IMG/VR virus record: IMGVR_UViG_3300050821_018642 | Location: 5,133 to 69,132 of that record | Source: a virus | Direction: 5' to 3' (one strand) | DNA: 64,000 nucleotides | Shown: one piece after another, positions 37,026 through 45,585 of the stretch | Layout: each line of letters begins with the position of its first letter | How positions within the stretch are numbered: position 1 is the first letter of the stretch | Notes under the pieces: generated by a model | What the model was told of the DNA's origin: nothing | Database searches by the model: none | What the model saw: only the letters and a program-made list of their open reading frames with translations | Made by a program: the position numbers and the translations under genes

Positions 37026-37874
37026 CTACCTCCTAGCGATGAATAGTTTCTTACTCGGTGGCTTAAATGGTTTCTCTGCTGGCCCTTTGATGTATGAATC
37101 AACAAATACAGCTCGCAATTCTTTGCGATCAGGTCCACAACGGTACTTGTGCCAATGTTCTTCTACCATCCATCTACAGGTGTAGTCACGATTAGCAGAG
37201 CCTTCACTTTCAGAGTGTTGTAACCGACGCAAAGTCACTACACGATACTCAGCAGGTAGGACATAACCTTTACGTTTTGCCAATGTGCGGCCTATAGACG
37301 TAGATTGCTGTCGTTCGATGGTGGCCAGTTTCTGTGCCATTAAATGAATTATGGCAGCAAACAATCTCAATCGTTTAGACTCACTACTAGCTGATTGTAA
37401 AGGTTTATTTAAAAAGCCTGTAGATTGTAGTAAATGTATTGCACCAACTTTCGCACTGATGTTTGTATACAGAAAGTGTATTGCATTCCAAGGATCTTGT
37501 TCCACAACACCAACAGTAGATGCTGTACACCACAATAAAGTATCTACTGGTTGGCCGTCAAGTAAAGTTGTTCTAGGTAAGTATAAAGCGCCTATAGGTG
37601 ACAAGAATTCTTCCTCTGCCAATACAAACTCCGGAGGCATAGTTTCAGCAGCACGTTCAGCTAACAATAGAAATTCCTCACTTAGAAAGAACTTCTCACC
37701 ATTTTGTAGTACCAGCCCAGCCATTGTGATGTAAGCACGCTGAACATTTGTAGAGTTATCGCCAGTTGCTCTAGGCGGCGGGAGCGCTTTCTGCAGTATT
37801 ACGTTAAACACAGATGTTTTCTCAAAAGCATTCAGTATACTAGCCAGCATTACGCCATCATCCTTTCCGCACAC
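37026..37874 (-). CDS. hypothetical protein encoded in a low-GC island
   Basis: 282-aa ORF; a sampled 100-nt stretch is 33% G+C against ~60% in the flanks. Confidence 0.5.
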   Translation of the reverse strand: MCGKDDGVMLASILNAFEKTSVFNVILQKALPPPRATGDNSTNVQRAYITMAGLVLQNGEKFFLSEEFLLLAERAAETMPPEFVLAEEEFLSPIGALYLPRTTLLDGQPVDTLLWCTASTVGVVEQDPWNAIHFLYTNISAKVGAIHLLQSTGFLNKPLQSASSESKRLRLFAAIIHLMAQKLATIERQQSTSIGRTLAKRKGYVLPAEYRVVTLRRLQHSESEGSANRDYTCRWMVEEHWHKYRCGPDRKELRAVFVDSYIKGPAEKPFKPPSKKLFIARR

Positions 37875-38356
37875 TCCGGGCCGATTCCGCGCTCGACAGA
37901 TTCAGGTACGGTAAGCTTACGGCCGCAGCGTCCGCACGTTCCCTCATGCCAGAACTCCATAGTCTTGCATGATTCACCGCCCTTCGCCATACGCGCTAGA
38001 AAGAAGGTGAACGCCTTCCAGGAAGGTGCGTCGACCGTCATGCGGCTATTCTTGGTGGCATGGAAGCCGGTGTTGTCGATCAGCCCCATGTAGGCATAAT
38101 CGTTCACATTGTCCGCGCCGCGTAAGAGACTTACGAAGTAAGTTTGTCCGTACTTAGCTACGCGGTCCGCATCGTTATCCTTCGGCTTACGTACCTTGTA
38201 CGTATACCTAGCTCGTGTCTGTACAGACACGAGCGTGAACGTAGCATTACCACCGAATACGAAGCGCCAGATGTCATCCCATTTCTCAAGTCGACCACGT
38301 TGACGATCAGGATCTACTTGGAAAGTGCGTGGTTCTTCAACTATAGATGAATTCAT
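37850..38356 (-). CDS. hypothetical protein with C-terminal zinc ribbon
   Basis: 168 aa; CKTMEFWHEGTCGRCGRK. Confidence 0.4.
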   Translation of the reverse strand: MNSSIVEEPRTFQVDPDRQRGRLEKWDDIWRFVFGGNATFTLVSVQTRARYTYKVRKPKDNDADRVAKYGQTYFVSLLRGADNVNDYAYMGLIDNTGFHATKNSRMTVDAPSWKAFTFFLARMAKGGESCKTMEFWHEGTCGRCGRKLTVPESVERGIGPECAERMMA

Positions 38357-38582
38357 GGCACGCTCCTCCCTTGTAAGCGCGCACGATGCGGCTCAACGGT
38401 CCGAACGAATCGCGCTCGCCCATGTGGAACGTGACGCGTTCGTAGCCGGCAGCTTCCAAGGCAGGCTTGGCCACCAAGTCCTCCCACTGCCAGTAGAACT
38501 CACCGCAGTAATCGTGCCCGGCGGCCAACGATTGCGGTATGACGTCGAATAAGTCTTTGTATCTACTACGCACCTTGGGCAT
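38337..38582 (-). CDS. hypothetical protein
   Basis: 81-aa ORF in the coupled early block. Confidence 0.3.
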   Translation of the reverse strand: MPKVRSRYKDLFDVIPQSLAAGHDYCGEFYWQWEDLVAKPALEAAGYERVTFHMGERDSFGPLSRIVRAYKGGACHEFIYS

Positions 38583-38817
38583 CGAGCATGTCCTCCTTCA
38601 GAGTATAGCTGACCAGCTCCTTTGGCCCGTCAACTACGCAAGCCACGAATAAGTCGCGGTTGTTGAATGCTGGGTGATTCATAAACAACCAAAGCGCGTG
38701 CTTGGCGTCAGAAGCTTGCACTTCCCATTTACTCGTCTGACGAGGGAACCTATTGCTGCGCAAAAAGACTACGGTGAACGGCTTAAGCACTGAGCTCATG
38801 TCGCCTCCATGCTCCAC
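38566..38817 (-). CDS. hypothetical protein
   Basis: 83-aa ORF. Confidence 0.3.
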   Translation of the reverse strand: MEHGGDMSSVLKPFTVVFLRSNRFPRQTSKWEVQASDAKHALWLFMNHPAFNNRDLFVACVVDGPKELVSYTLKEDMLDAQGA

Positions 38818-39130
38818 TGGGTGATGGCATGTAAACCGCGTGGACGTCCTTCTTGACGCTGCGCCCTGTCAGCGATACGCGATGGGACACCCAATTGCCG
38901 CTGTACGCATCCAGGTTCTCGATCCATACCGTAGGGTCGACGAAGTACAGCGGCACGTACTTACCCTTGAGTTCGCGCGCTTCGCGGCGGTCGCGGTCGC
39001 GCCTCTTGGCCTTGCGCTGCCGCGACGAGTCTGGATGCGGGTGCGGCGCGCCGAAGAAGAGCTCCGTCAACATGCCCTGGATGAACAGCTTGTGGCAGAC
39101 TTCCGGGTGTATCTCAATCACTTTCATCAT
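38783..39130 (-). CDS. hypothetical protein
   Basis: 115-aa ORF. Confidence 0.3.
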   Translation of the reverse strand: MMKVIEIHPEVCHKLFIQGMLTELFFGAPHPHPDSSRQRKAKRRDRDRREARELKGKYVPLYFVDPTVWIENLDAYSGNWVSHRVSLTGRSVKKDVHAVYMPSPSGAWRRHELSA

Positions 39131-39296
39131 CGTCCTCCGTATCCACGAAACCCAGGTCCGCGTTCAGCCGCTCCACGGCGTCGGCTTTCAGCATCAAGCG
39201 TTTTGCACCGGCTGGGATGTCCAGGCACGCGTCGTTCAACAGACCCTCCGTGATGTCGTCGTACGTAAGTACGAGTACGTTACCAGTCAGTATCAT
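39114..39296 (-). CDS. hypothetical acidic small protein
   Basis: 60 aa with a DTEDDDESD tail. Confidence 0.25.
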   Translation of the reverse strand: MILTGNVLVLTYDDITEGLLNDACLDIPAGAKRLMLKADAVERLNADLGFVDTEDDDESD

Positions 39297-39625
39297 AGCA
39301 CCACCTTCGCGCAGTTGACCGTCAAGTCCTCGTACTTCTCACTGATCAAGTCGCACGCCGTATGCATAGCGTGCCACAGGTTATCCAGCACTCGGTATTG
39401 GCTAGTGCCGTGCATGCGGTCTCGCTGCTCCATTATCTTCAACGAGGTGTCGAAGTTACGGAACGGCCAGACTACATCTATCTTGCGATCCAGTGGCTTG
39501 GACCGCAGTAGCAACTGCGCTAGGAATCCGTTCTCACGCGCGGTACCGAACTTGGTTTCATCGCCTATCTTGCACCCGGCCATGACACATACGCAGTCGT
39601 AGTGCAGCTTCGCCAACTCCACCAA
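39293..39625 (-). CDS. hypothetical protein
   Basis: 110-aa ORF. Confidence 0.3.
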   Translation of the reverse strand: MVELAKLHYDCVCVMAGCKIGDETKFGTARENGFLAQLLLRSKPLDRKIDVVWPFRNFDTSLKIMEQRDRMHGTSQYRVLDNLWHAMHTACDLISEKYEDLTVNCAKVVL

Positions 39626-39689
39626 GGCGTGAGCCTCCTCGCGGTGAAGGAGACCTTGAGTTCCACATGGTAGGAATACTCCAGGTAGT

Positions 39690-39962
39690 TCACGGCTGTA
39701 CCTCCTCGATGCCGCAGGACGTGAACGTCATGTCGTCTCCGCTGGAGCTGAACGTCACGGTCTTGCCGTCGTCCAGCGTCAGTATGTAGGTTCCCTCGTT
39801 GGTCGGATCGTAGTCCACAACGTTGATGGTGCGTCCGACCAACACGCGCAGTCGCTTTACCTCAGCCTTCGCCGCCCTATTCGCGTCGCGCTTCGCAGCT
39901 TCCACGGCGCGCAATTCCTCGCGCCGACGTTTCATAACAGATTTCATCGCCGGATAAGTCAC
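39690..39962 (-). CDS. hypothetical basic protein
   Basis: GTG start with AAGGAGG 6 nt upstream; the longer track ORF has a junk-like N-terminus. Confidence 0.3.
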   Translation of the reverse strand: MTYPAMKSVMKRRREELRAVEAAKRDANRAAKAEVKRLRVLVGRTINVVDYDPTNEGTYILTLDDGKTVTFSSSGDDMTFTSCGIEEVQP

Positions 39963-40089
39963 AGACGGCCTCCTTGCACGAGGTGCGTCTCTACATATGC
40001 CACCACTACTTGCGTCACCATGAACACCACACGGATGGTTACGAGTCCTACTACGAACGGTACGATGCGCTGCGCCCAGCGCGCGGCGT

Positions 40090-40302
40090 TCACGCAGCAC
40101 CTCCGGTGACAAGGCAGCCCCACATCAAAACAGGGGAGGCAATCGGATGCAGTTTGACGTTCGTCATCAATTCAAAGTCCGACCCACAAGGTACGTAGGA
40201 CACGCTGATAATGGAGTCTTCGACGTACAGCGCATCTTCGTAACCAGCCGGAACATACCTAGTGCCTTCTTCGAGTATGAGTTGCTCCAGAAGAGTCGTC
40301 AT
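40090..40302 (-). CDS. hypothetical protein
   Basis: Trimmed to the ATG overlapping the upstream stop. Confidence 0.3.
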   Translation of the reverse strand: MTTLLEQLILEEGTRYVPAGYEDALYVEDSIISVSYVPCGSDFELMTNVKLHPIASPVLMWGCLVTGGAA

Positions 40303-40544
40303 GCGCTCACCGCCTTCATCGCGCCGATGTGTCGAATGCCGGTATCCAGCGTTATGACGCTGTAGCCGGAACGTAGAAGATCCAGCTGCGCTTCTGCGGC
40401 TCCACGTGAGCCCCATGTGGTGGACGGAACCACACCGTTGTAAACAAGCATCCAGTGTCCCCTGAGACAGAACACTTCGTTGGGAAGTAGCTTCACTTTC
40501 GCGGCTACGTCGTAGTCGCGGTTTACCTTTCTGGTTGTCTTCAT
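40299..40544 (-). CDS. hypothetical protein
   Basis: Start moved to the Met at 40544 because a promoter-like TATAAT plus a conserved RBS stem-loop lie inside the longer ORF. Confidence 0.35.
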   Translation of the reverse strand: MKTTRKVNRDYDVAAKVKLLPNEVFCLRGHWMLVYNGVVPSTTWGSRGAAEAQLDLLRSGYSVITLDTGIRHIGAMKAVSA

Positions 40545-40578
40545 GATGGATAGCGGTCCTTTCCGAGCCGCTGTATTC

Positions 40579-40598
40579 ATTATAAACCAGCTGGTTTA
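40579..40598 (-). promoter_or_regulatory. promoter-like TATAAT overlapping perfect palindrome TAAACCAGCTGGTTTA
   Basis: Seen in sequence; a similar element lies at 57082..57101. Confidence 0.35.
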
Positions 40599-40609
40599 TT
40601 GCGTACGAA

Positions 40610-42109
40610 TTACCTACGTTTAACAGGCATCTTGCGCTTGTACTTCTTCTCGGCGTACTCCTTCATGGCGTCCAGAAAATCTTTCTGCTCCGTTCCCTTG
40701 CGCTTAAGATTTCGCATCTTTGCCACGTCTACAGTGTCGTCAGTGTAGAAAAGATGACGCATGACAAATTCAGCTTTATTACCCTGACGCCATACACGAC
40801 GAAACGCCTGATCGAAGTGATCGTAGTCGTCCGGTATAAAGAAGAACCCAACGTGACGCGCATTGAACTTCTGGAGATTCAGTGCATGTCCGGCCGAAGC
40901 TGGGTGGATCATCATCAACGGTAGCTGGCCCTTGTTCCAGGCTTCGATGTAGTCGGATGCTTGACCTCGCGTCGTCTTACTATTGATACAAGGAATATTC
41001 TTACCAAGAGCCTTGCGAATAGCGTCCACGTCGTGGTGGAAGCCTATGCAGAGTAGTAACGGTTCACCCTGCAGTTCGTTGTACAAGTCTACGACGGCGT
41101 CCACCTTGGCAGTATGTACGATCTTGTATGGACGCTCGCCGCTGTAGCGTTCGTCGTCGCTGTCTCGAGCGTCCAGGTATACAGCGCCATTGGCTATCTG
41201 CATACACTTGGCACGCGCCGAAGCACTGGAAGTCAGCGGCGCTGTGAATAGCGTACTCATGAGACTTTCCTCAATGGAGTCATACTCCTTCTGCACGCTG
41301 GCCGGCAACTCCACACGATGGTCGCGCTCCAACACCTTTGGAAGCTTCAAGTAATCGGCTGCATCCAGACGCAGAACTAGCGGAGCTACTAGCTTGTTGA
41401 TTTCCTTATCCTTACCTGGTACTAACTGCCATTCGTGCATCTGATAGCCAGTCTGGAAGAAGAAGTTATTGCGGTAATGCGAGATATACGAACCTAGTGC
41501 AGCTCCACGATCCAGGATGAAGATCTGTCCGAATAAGTCCAGGTAGTTACGCGGGCGCGGCGAGCCGGTCAGGATGTGCCGACGCTTGAAGTAGCCCTTC
41601 TCCACCAACGGCCGAAGACAACGGAAGCGTACCGTGGTGGGGTCCTTCCACCGCGACGACTCATCAATGATTAGCTCGTCGGCCTCCAGCATGTTGAGTC
41701 GCTTCTTACTGTCAGTGAGCCACTGGAAGCCTTCCGGATTGATCAGCGCGATAGGTTGATTGGTAAGCGTGCGTAGTGCGCGCTCCTTTCCAGGTCCATG
41801 AAGTAGAGCGATGTTGAGATCGTTGAAATCCTCCCAGCTACTTATCTGCTCCGGCCACACGTCGTATATAGCGCGTAGTGGTGCGACGATTAGTACGCGC
41901 TTTGTCAGGCGTTTCTTTAGAAGTATCTTTATGGATGCGAGGCTTATGCTCGTTTTCCCAAGTCCTGGATCTAGAAGTAGGCCGCTTTGTGCGAACTCCA
42001 GTACGAACTTCAGAGCTCGCTCTTGATACGCGTGCGGATTCCATGGCTCGGCGTTTGACTTCCACCCATTCATCTTCAGTGCTAACGACGCAGGTACTAT
42101 ATCCGTCAT
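40610..42109 (-). CDS. SNF2-family helicase
   Basis: Motif I LLLDPGLGKT, DESS (DExx box), and a C-terminal helicase domain. Confidence 0.75.
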   Translation of the reverse strand: MTDIVPASLALKMNGWKSNAEPWNPHAYQERALKFVLEFAQSGLLLDPGLGKTSISLASIKILLKKRLTKRVLIVAPLRAIYDVWPEQISSWEDFNDLNIALLHGPGKERALRTLTNQPIALINPEGFQWLTDSKKRLNMLEADELIIDESSRWKDPTTVRFRCLRPLVEKGYFKRRHILTGSPRPRNYLDLFGQIFILDRGAALGSYISHYRNNFFFQTGYQMHEWQLVPGKDKEINKLVAPLVLRLDAADYLKLPKVLERDHRVELPASVQKEYDSIEESLMSTLFTAPLTSSASARAKCMQIANGAVYLDARDSDDERYSGERPYKIVHTAKVDAVVDLYNELQGEPLLLCIGFHHDVDAIRKALGKNIPCINSKTTRGQASDYIEAWNKGQLPLMMIHPASAGHALNLQKFNARHVGFFFIPDDYDHFDQAFRRVWRQGNKAEFVMRHLFYTDDTVDVAKMRNLKRKGTEQKDFLDAMKEYAEKKYKRKMPVKRR

Positions 42110-42356
42110 CTTTCAATTTCTCCCTGTGCCAACGCTGTAACTTCTCACGTCCTGGTGATGTCTTTCCTTTAGGATCTTTGAACTCCACGATGAGTGGACG
42201 TCCTCCCGGTACCCAAAATACATGGTCGGGAAAACCAGCAGGATCGGTAACTTTACTTACTGTCCACCCATCGTTACGAGCATCTGCAACGCATTCACGT
42301 TCCAACTTGGATTCACGAGCGCGAGGGCGACGCATCTTCCAATTCTCCGCACCCAA
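41838..42356 (-). CDS. VRR-NUC domain nuclease (reading frame runs ~270 nt into the helicase gene)
   Basis: PAGFPDHVFWVPGGRPLIVEFKDPKGKTSPGREKLQRWHREKLKDDGYSTCVV is a VRR-NUC signature; the C-terminal ~70 aa are low-complexity. Confidence 0.5.
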   Translation of the reverse strand: MGAENWKMRRPRARESKLERECVADARNDGWTVSKVTDPAGFPDHVFWVPGGRPLIVEFKDPKGKTSPGREKLQRWHREKLKDDGYSTCVVSTEDEWVEVKRRAMESARVSRASSEVRTGVRTKRPTSRSRTWENEHKPRIHKDTSKETPDKARTNRRTTTRYIRRVAGADK

Positions 42357-42519
42357 TGCATTTACCGTCTTGGAAGTCGTGTCTAGTGCATGCTACCGAC
42401 GGTTTCACTTCTGGCTTACACTTACCAGCGTGACCTATTGGCTCCATGCAGTAAGTGTTACTGAGCATACGCCCGTGTTCATCGACAATGGTAGGTATAA
42501 CCTTTTGACATAGAATCAT
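42313..42519 (-). CDS. small zinc-ribbon protein
   Basis: Cys-rich 68-aa ORF. Confidence 0.3.
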   Translation of the reverse strand: MILCQKVIPTIVDEHGRMLSNTYCMEPIGHAGKCKPEVKPSVACTRHDFQDGKCIGCGELEDASPSRS

Positions 42520-43163
42520 AGCACGTCATCGTTTCCGGGCGCATACTCAACCCTGGGTTTACTTACGTCCACAAGTGCAGCCTTAACTGCCTTCTTCCAC
42601 TCCGCGTTGCCGGCTTCGCGGTCCTTCAGGTCCGCCCAGATAGATTGTAACCACCGTGCTTGATGCTGTGCGTCGGCTAGTGCGTTATGGCGCGTACCCT
42701 GGAACGCGGGCTCCGGCGTGCTGGCATGCTGCACCTTCATGGTGCGGAAACATTGACTGTTGTAGTACTTCCACGGCAACAAGATATTACATGCCTTGTA
42801 GGCGCACCCGAGTAGCACGTTGTCGAAGTCCGATCCATTACCCCATAACTTCGCACCTGATGGGAAGAACTCCGTAGCGAACTCTGTCAGTGCCCACGCA
42901 ATGTGATCACCGCCTGTCTTGGCCGCTTCAAATACGCGCCGCGCTGCTGGTTCTTGTTTTTCCCACCAGTCCAGCGTGGCTGTGTCGAACGTCAGTCCAG
43001 CTTGCCGGCAAGAAGTCATGGATATCACCGGCACCTCGAAGTTACGCCAGTCACGCTCCGCCATACCTGGTGCGAATGCCACTGCGCCTATGGCAATGAT
43101 ACCGCTTCCAGGCGCAGTCCCGACCGTCTCGAGGTCAAGCATTACATCGGTGTATGCAGTCAT
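42516..43163 (-). CDS. DEDDh 3'-5' exonuclease (DnaQ-like)
   Basis: Exo I MLDLETVG, Exo II WGNGSDFDNVLL, Exo III HNALADA. Confidence 0.6.
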   Translation of the reverse strand: MTAYTDVMLDLETVGTAPGSGIIAIGAVAFAPGMAERDWRNFEVPVISMTSCRQAGLTFDTATLDWWEKQEPAARRVFEAAKTGGDHIAWALTEFATEFFPSGAKLWGNGSDFDNVLLGCAYKACNILLPWKYYNSQCFRTMKVQHASTPEPAFQGTRHNALADAQHQARWLQSIWADLKDREAGNAEWKKAVKAALVDVSKPRVEYAPGNDDVL

Positions 43164-43342
43164 CGCGCCAGCCCCAGGTCGTGCTTGAACTTGATCCAAC
43201 GCAACTCTTCTTCAGCGGTCAGTATACGCGGTCCACCGTCGCCTGTCACGTACGGACGTGCGCCGTCTTCTTGCACGACCGTCAAGGCCGGTTTGCCATC
43301 GCGTTCTGTTATATTCCAACACTGCGATCTGCCCACGGTCAT
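43160..43342 (-). CDS. hypothetical small protein
   Basis: 60-aa ORF. Confidence 0.25.
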   Translation of the reverse strand: MTVGRSQCWNITERDGKPALTVVQEDGARPYVTGDGGPRILTAEEELRWIKFKHDLGLAR

Positions 43343-43551
43343 TTCGACACTCCCATTCTGATGTAGTTGACGGCCAACTTCTTGGCTTCCGCCAGCACCG
43401 CCGCGTCCTCCTTAGTTACACGTCCCAGCGCTCCGAATATGGTGGCGTCGTACGACGACTTCTCCACTTGGTCGGCTACGAATTCCAAGATATTACGTGT
43501 CGCGCTCTTGAGATCAGGCGCTGGCTTCTTTGCTGCTTTCTTTGTTGCCAT
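43339..43551 (-). CDS. hypothetical basic small protein
   Basis: 70 aa; MATKKAAKKPAP. Confidence 0.3.
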   Translation of the reverse strand: MATKKAAKKPAPDLKSATRNILEFVADQVEKSSYDATIFGALGRVTKEDAAVLAEAKKLAVNYIRMGVSK

Positions 43552-43719
43552 GTGTAAGCCTCGCTTCTATTTGTTGGTTGTGGATGGTAGCAATGTGCAA
43601 TCCTACGGGCCACTTCGTGGCGTACGCCACAATTACGTAGCTACCATCAGCTTGTACTGCGTAGATAGGATAAGCCGTCCTAATCATCACAGTCGCTTCA
43701 ATATCACTTTGTATCCACT

Positions 43720-44478
43720 TCACATCTTCTCCGGGCACGGGCCTCCTTTGGACTTCGCAAACTTACACCACTGACAATGCCGCCCGGTGCGAGTCTTGAA
43801 CGTGGTGTCCGTCATCATCTGACGGGTACGCGCTATCCACTCATTCTGTAGCGGCTTCAGGTTCTTCATGGTGAATTTCTCCGTGGCTGACTGGCCGGTA
43901 TCAGCGTACACATGCTGCGCCGTTAGCTGCACGGCTTTGTCACCACCAGCCAGCTGACCTATCTGCACCAGTCGTAGACCGCCCAGCGCGTACAGGCTAC
44001 GCTGCTGCTTATGCTCTGGATGCACGCGCCCAGTCTTCCAATCGATGATGTCCACCGTGGGCGGAGTAACTGTATCCGCGCAGATGTCGGTCTTGATACG
44101 CAGCCACGCAGCTTTCCAGTCGCGCCAATCTACCGGATTCCACTTCTTGTCGAAGGCCCACTCCTGCTCTGTACGCGCTTTGGCTGCGCGCATACGCATA
44201 AGCTGTTCCTTTATTGGCTCCATCTCCGGAGTAAGCTTCGGTACCTTACCTTTACCGCTTACAATGCTTGCAGCCGTGTCATGTACACGATTGCCCTTTA
44301 CGAACGCAGGATTCTCCGGCTCCTGGATGCGTATGCGCATGATTTTATCCAGGCACACGCTGAACGGGCAGTTGATGTATTGCTGGTAGACAGAATACGA
44401 CCAAGACGTTAGAGTTGCAAAGCGTCTCTTAGCCAATTGATGCTTCCTTCTCCGCCACGGCGGATGTTTCGGTTTCAT
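43720..44478 (-). CDS. Cas4/RecB-like PD-(D/E)xK nuclease with 4-Cys cluster
   Basis: N-terminal S.S..Y..CP and C-terminal CQWCKF...C; VDIIDWKTG core. Confidence 0.55.
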   Translation of the reverse strand: MKPKHPPWRRRKHQLAKRRFATLTSWSYSVYQQYINCPFSVCLDKIMRIRIQEPENPAFVKGNRVHDTAASIVSGKGKVPKLTPEMEPIKEQLMRMRAAKARTEQEWAFDKKWNPVDWRDWKAAWLRIKTDICADTVTPPTVDIIDWKTGRVHPEHKQQRSLYALGGLRLVQIGQLAGGDKAVQLTAQHVYADTGQSATEKFTMKNLKPLQNEWIARTRQMMTDTTFKTRTGRHCQWCKFAKSKGGPCPEKM

Positions 44479-44902
44479 CCACGGTATACACCGCTACGTG
44501 ATCGTCCAGGTGACCCAGCGCCATCGGGATAAGCCACCGTAAGTTCGGCATTACGTTACTTGGTAATCCTTTGACGTAGAACGGGCCGACTATTTCGTCC
44601 TCCGTTGTAGCGCCGTGATTGACTACAACATCGTTGAAGCAGTGGAAGAATACAACGTTGAAGCCGTCGCCACGCAGAACCAAGAACTTATCCCAGATAT
44701 ACTTGGCCGTGTCGACGCCAGTTTCCTCCTTGAACTCGCGACACATAGCTTCGATTGGCAGTTCGCCTGATTCTATCTTACCGCCAACGCCGTTCCACTT
44801 ATCCACCATGTGGGGAACGTTTGCTGGTGCGCGTTTCTTCTTGATTAGAAGAACACGCGTCTTATCGCTGCTGAATGCGAATCCTACTACGTACTCTTTC
44901 AT
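44429..44902 (-). CDS. Nudix hydrolase
   Basis: Nudix box GGKIESGELPIEAMCREFKEETGV; AAGGAG RBS 9 nt before ATG 44902. Confidence 0.6.
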   Translation of the reverse strand: MKEYVVGFAFSSDKTRVLLIKKKRAPANVPHMVDKWNGVGGKIESGELPIEAMCREFKEETGVDTAKYIWDKFLVLRGDGFNVVFFHCFNDVVVNHGATTEDEIVGPFYVKGLPSNVMPNLRWLIPMALGHLDDHVAVYTVDETETSAVAEKEASIG

Positions 44903-45036
44903 CTTCATCTTCTCCTTCTTTGTTCGTTCTGCGTATACTGCGTCACTCTCCACGTACGCACCATGACCAGGCTCGAAGAAGTCAGGTACGTACACTGCGT
45001 CCGGATGACTGGCCGGCAACATCCGTCTGGAAAGAT

Positions 45037-45585
45037 TCACGGCTTAACTCCTTGTGTACTTACATCTCCGTTGTAACGACCTCGTTTTGCATACGACGCC
45101 CACTCCGGTACGGACGTATGCTTGAAGAATACCATCTGACCTATCTTATCACCCTGGCGTAGCTTGACTGTATGACGTCTAGTCATGTTCTTCAACTCCA
45201 GGGTAAGCACCGAGCCATGCCAACCTGCATCACACCACCCGGCATTTGCGTGATCTACGCCGGTACGCGCTAGTGACGACTTCAGCTTGTACTCAGCGCT
45301 GATCCAATCAGGTAGGTTGAATACCTGCTCGCTCTGCGCCAGTATGAACTCACCCGGTTCCAGGCTGTAGTAATCGTCGTCCGCATCAGCAAACATCCAT
45401 TCACGCATTCCAAGTAATGATTCACGTTTTCGAATGTCAACAACATGCTCGTTACGTGATTCATACAGTATCTTGTTTCCAAGCGTGATGTCGATGGACG
45501 TCGAATTTACGTGTTCTGGTAAGGAGTTAGTGATGACTCCGGCCTTCTGCAACTCGAGAAGCTCTGTGTAACTTAGTAGACTCAT
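45037..45585 (-). CDS. dcd: dCTP deaminase family protein
   Basis: SIDITLG, GWCDAGWHG..TLE and GQMVFF motifs; AAGGAGG RBS. Confidence 0.6.
   Translation of the reverse strand: MSLLSYTELLELQKAGVITNSLPEHVNSTSIDITLGNKILYESRNEHVVDIRKRESLLGMREWMFADADDDYYSLEPGEFILAQSEQVFNLPDWISAEYKLKSSLARTGVDHANAGWCDAGWHGSVLTLELKNMTRRHTVKLRQGDKIGQMVFFKHTSVPEWASYAKRGRYNGDVSTQGVKP

Noticed and set aside
43514-43738. 74-aa ORF overlapping the 43339..43551 start
   Set aside because: It overlaps the Lys-rich N-terminus of the neighbouring gene with a weak start context. It is possibly real but unsupported, so it is left out of the feature list.
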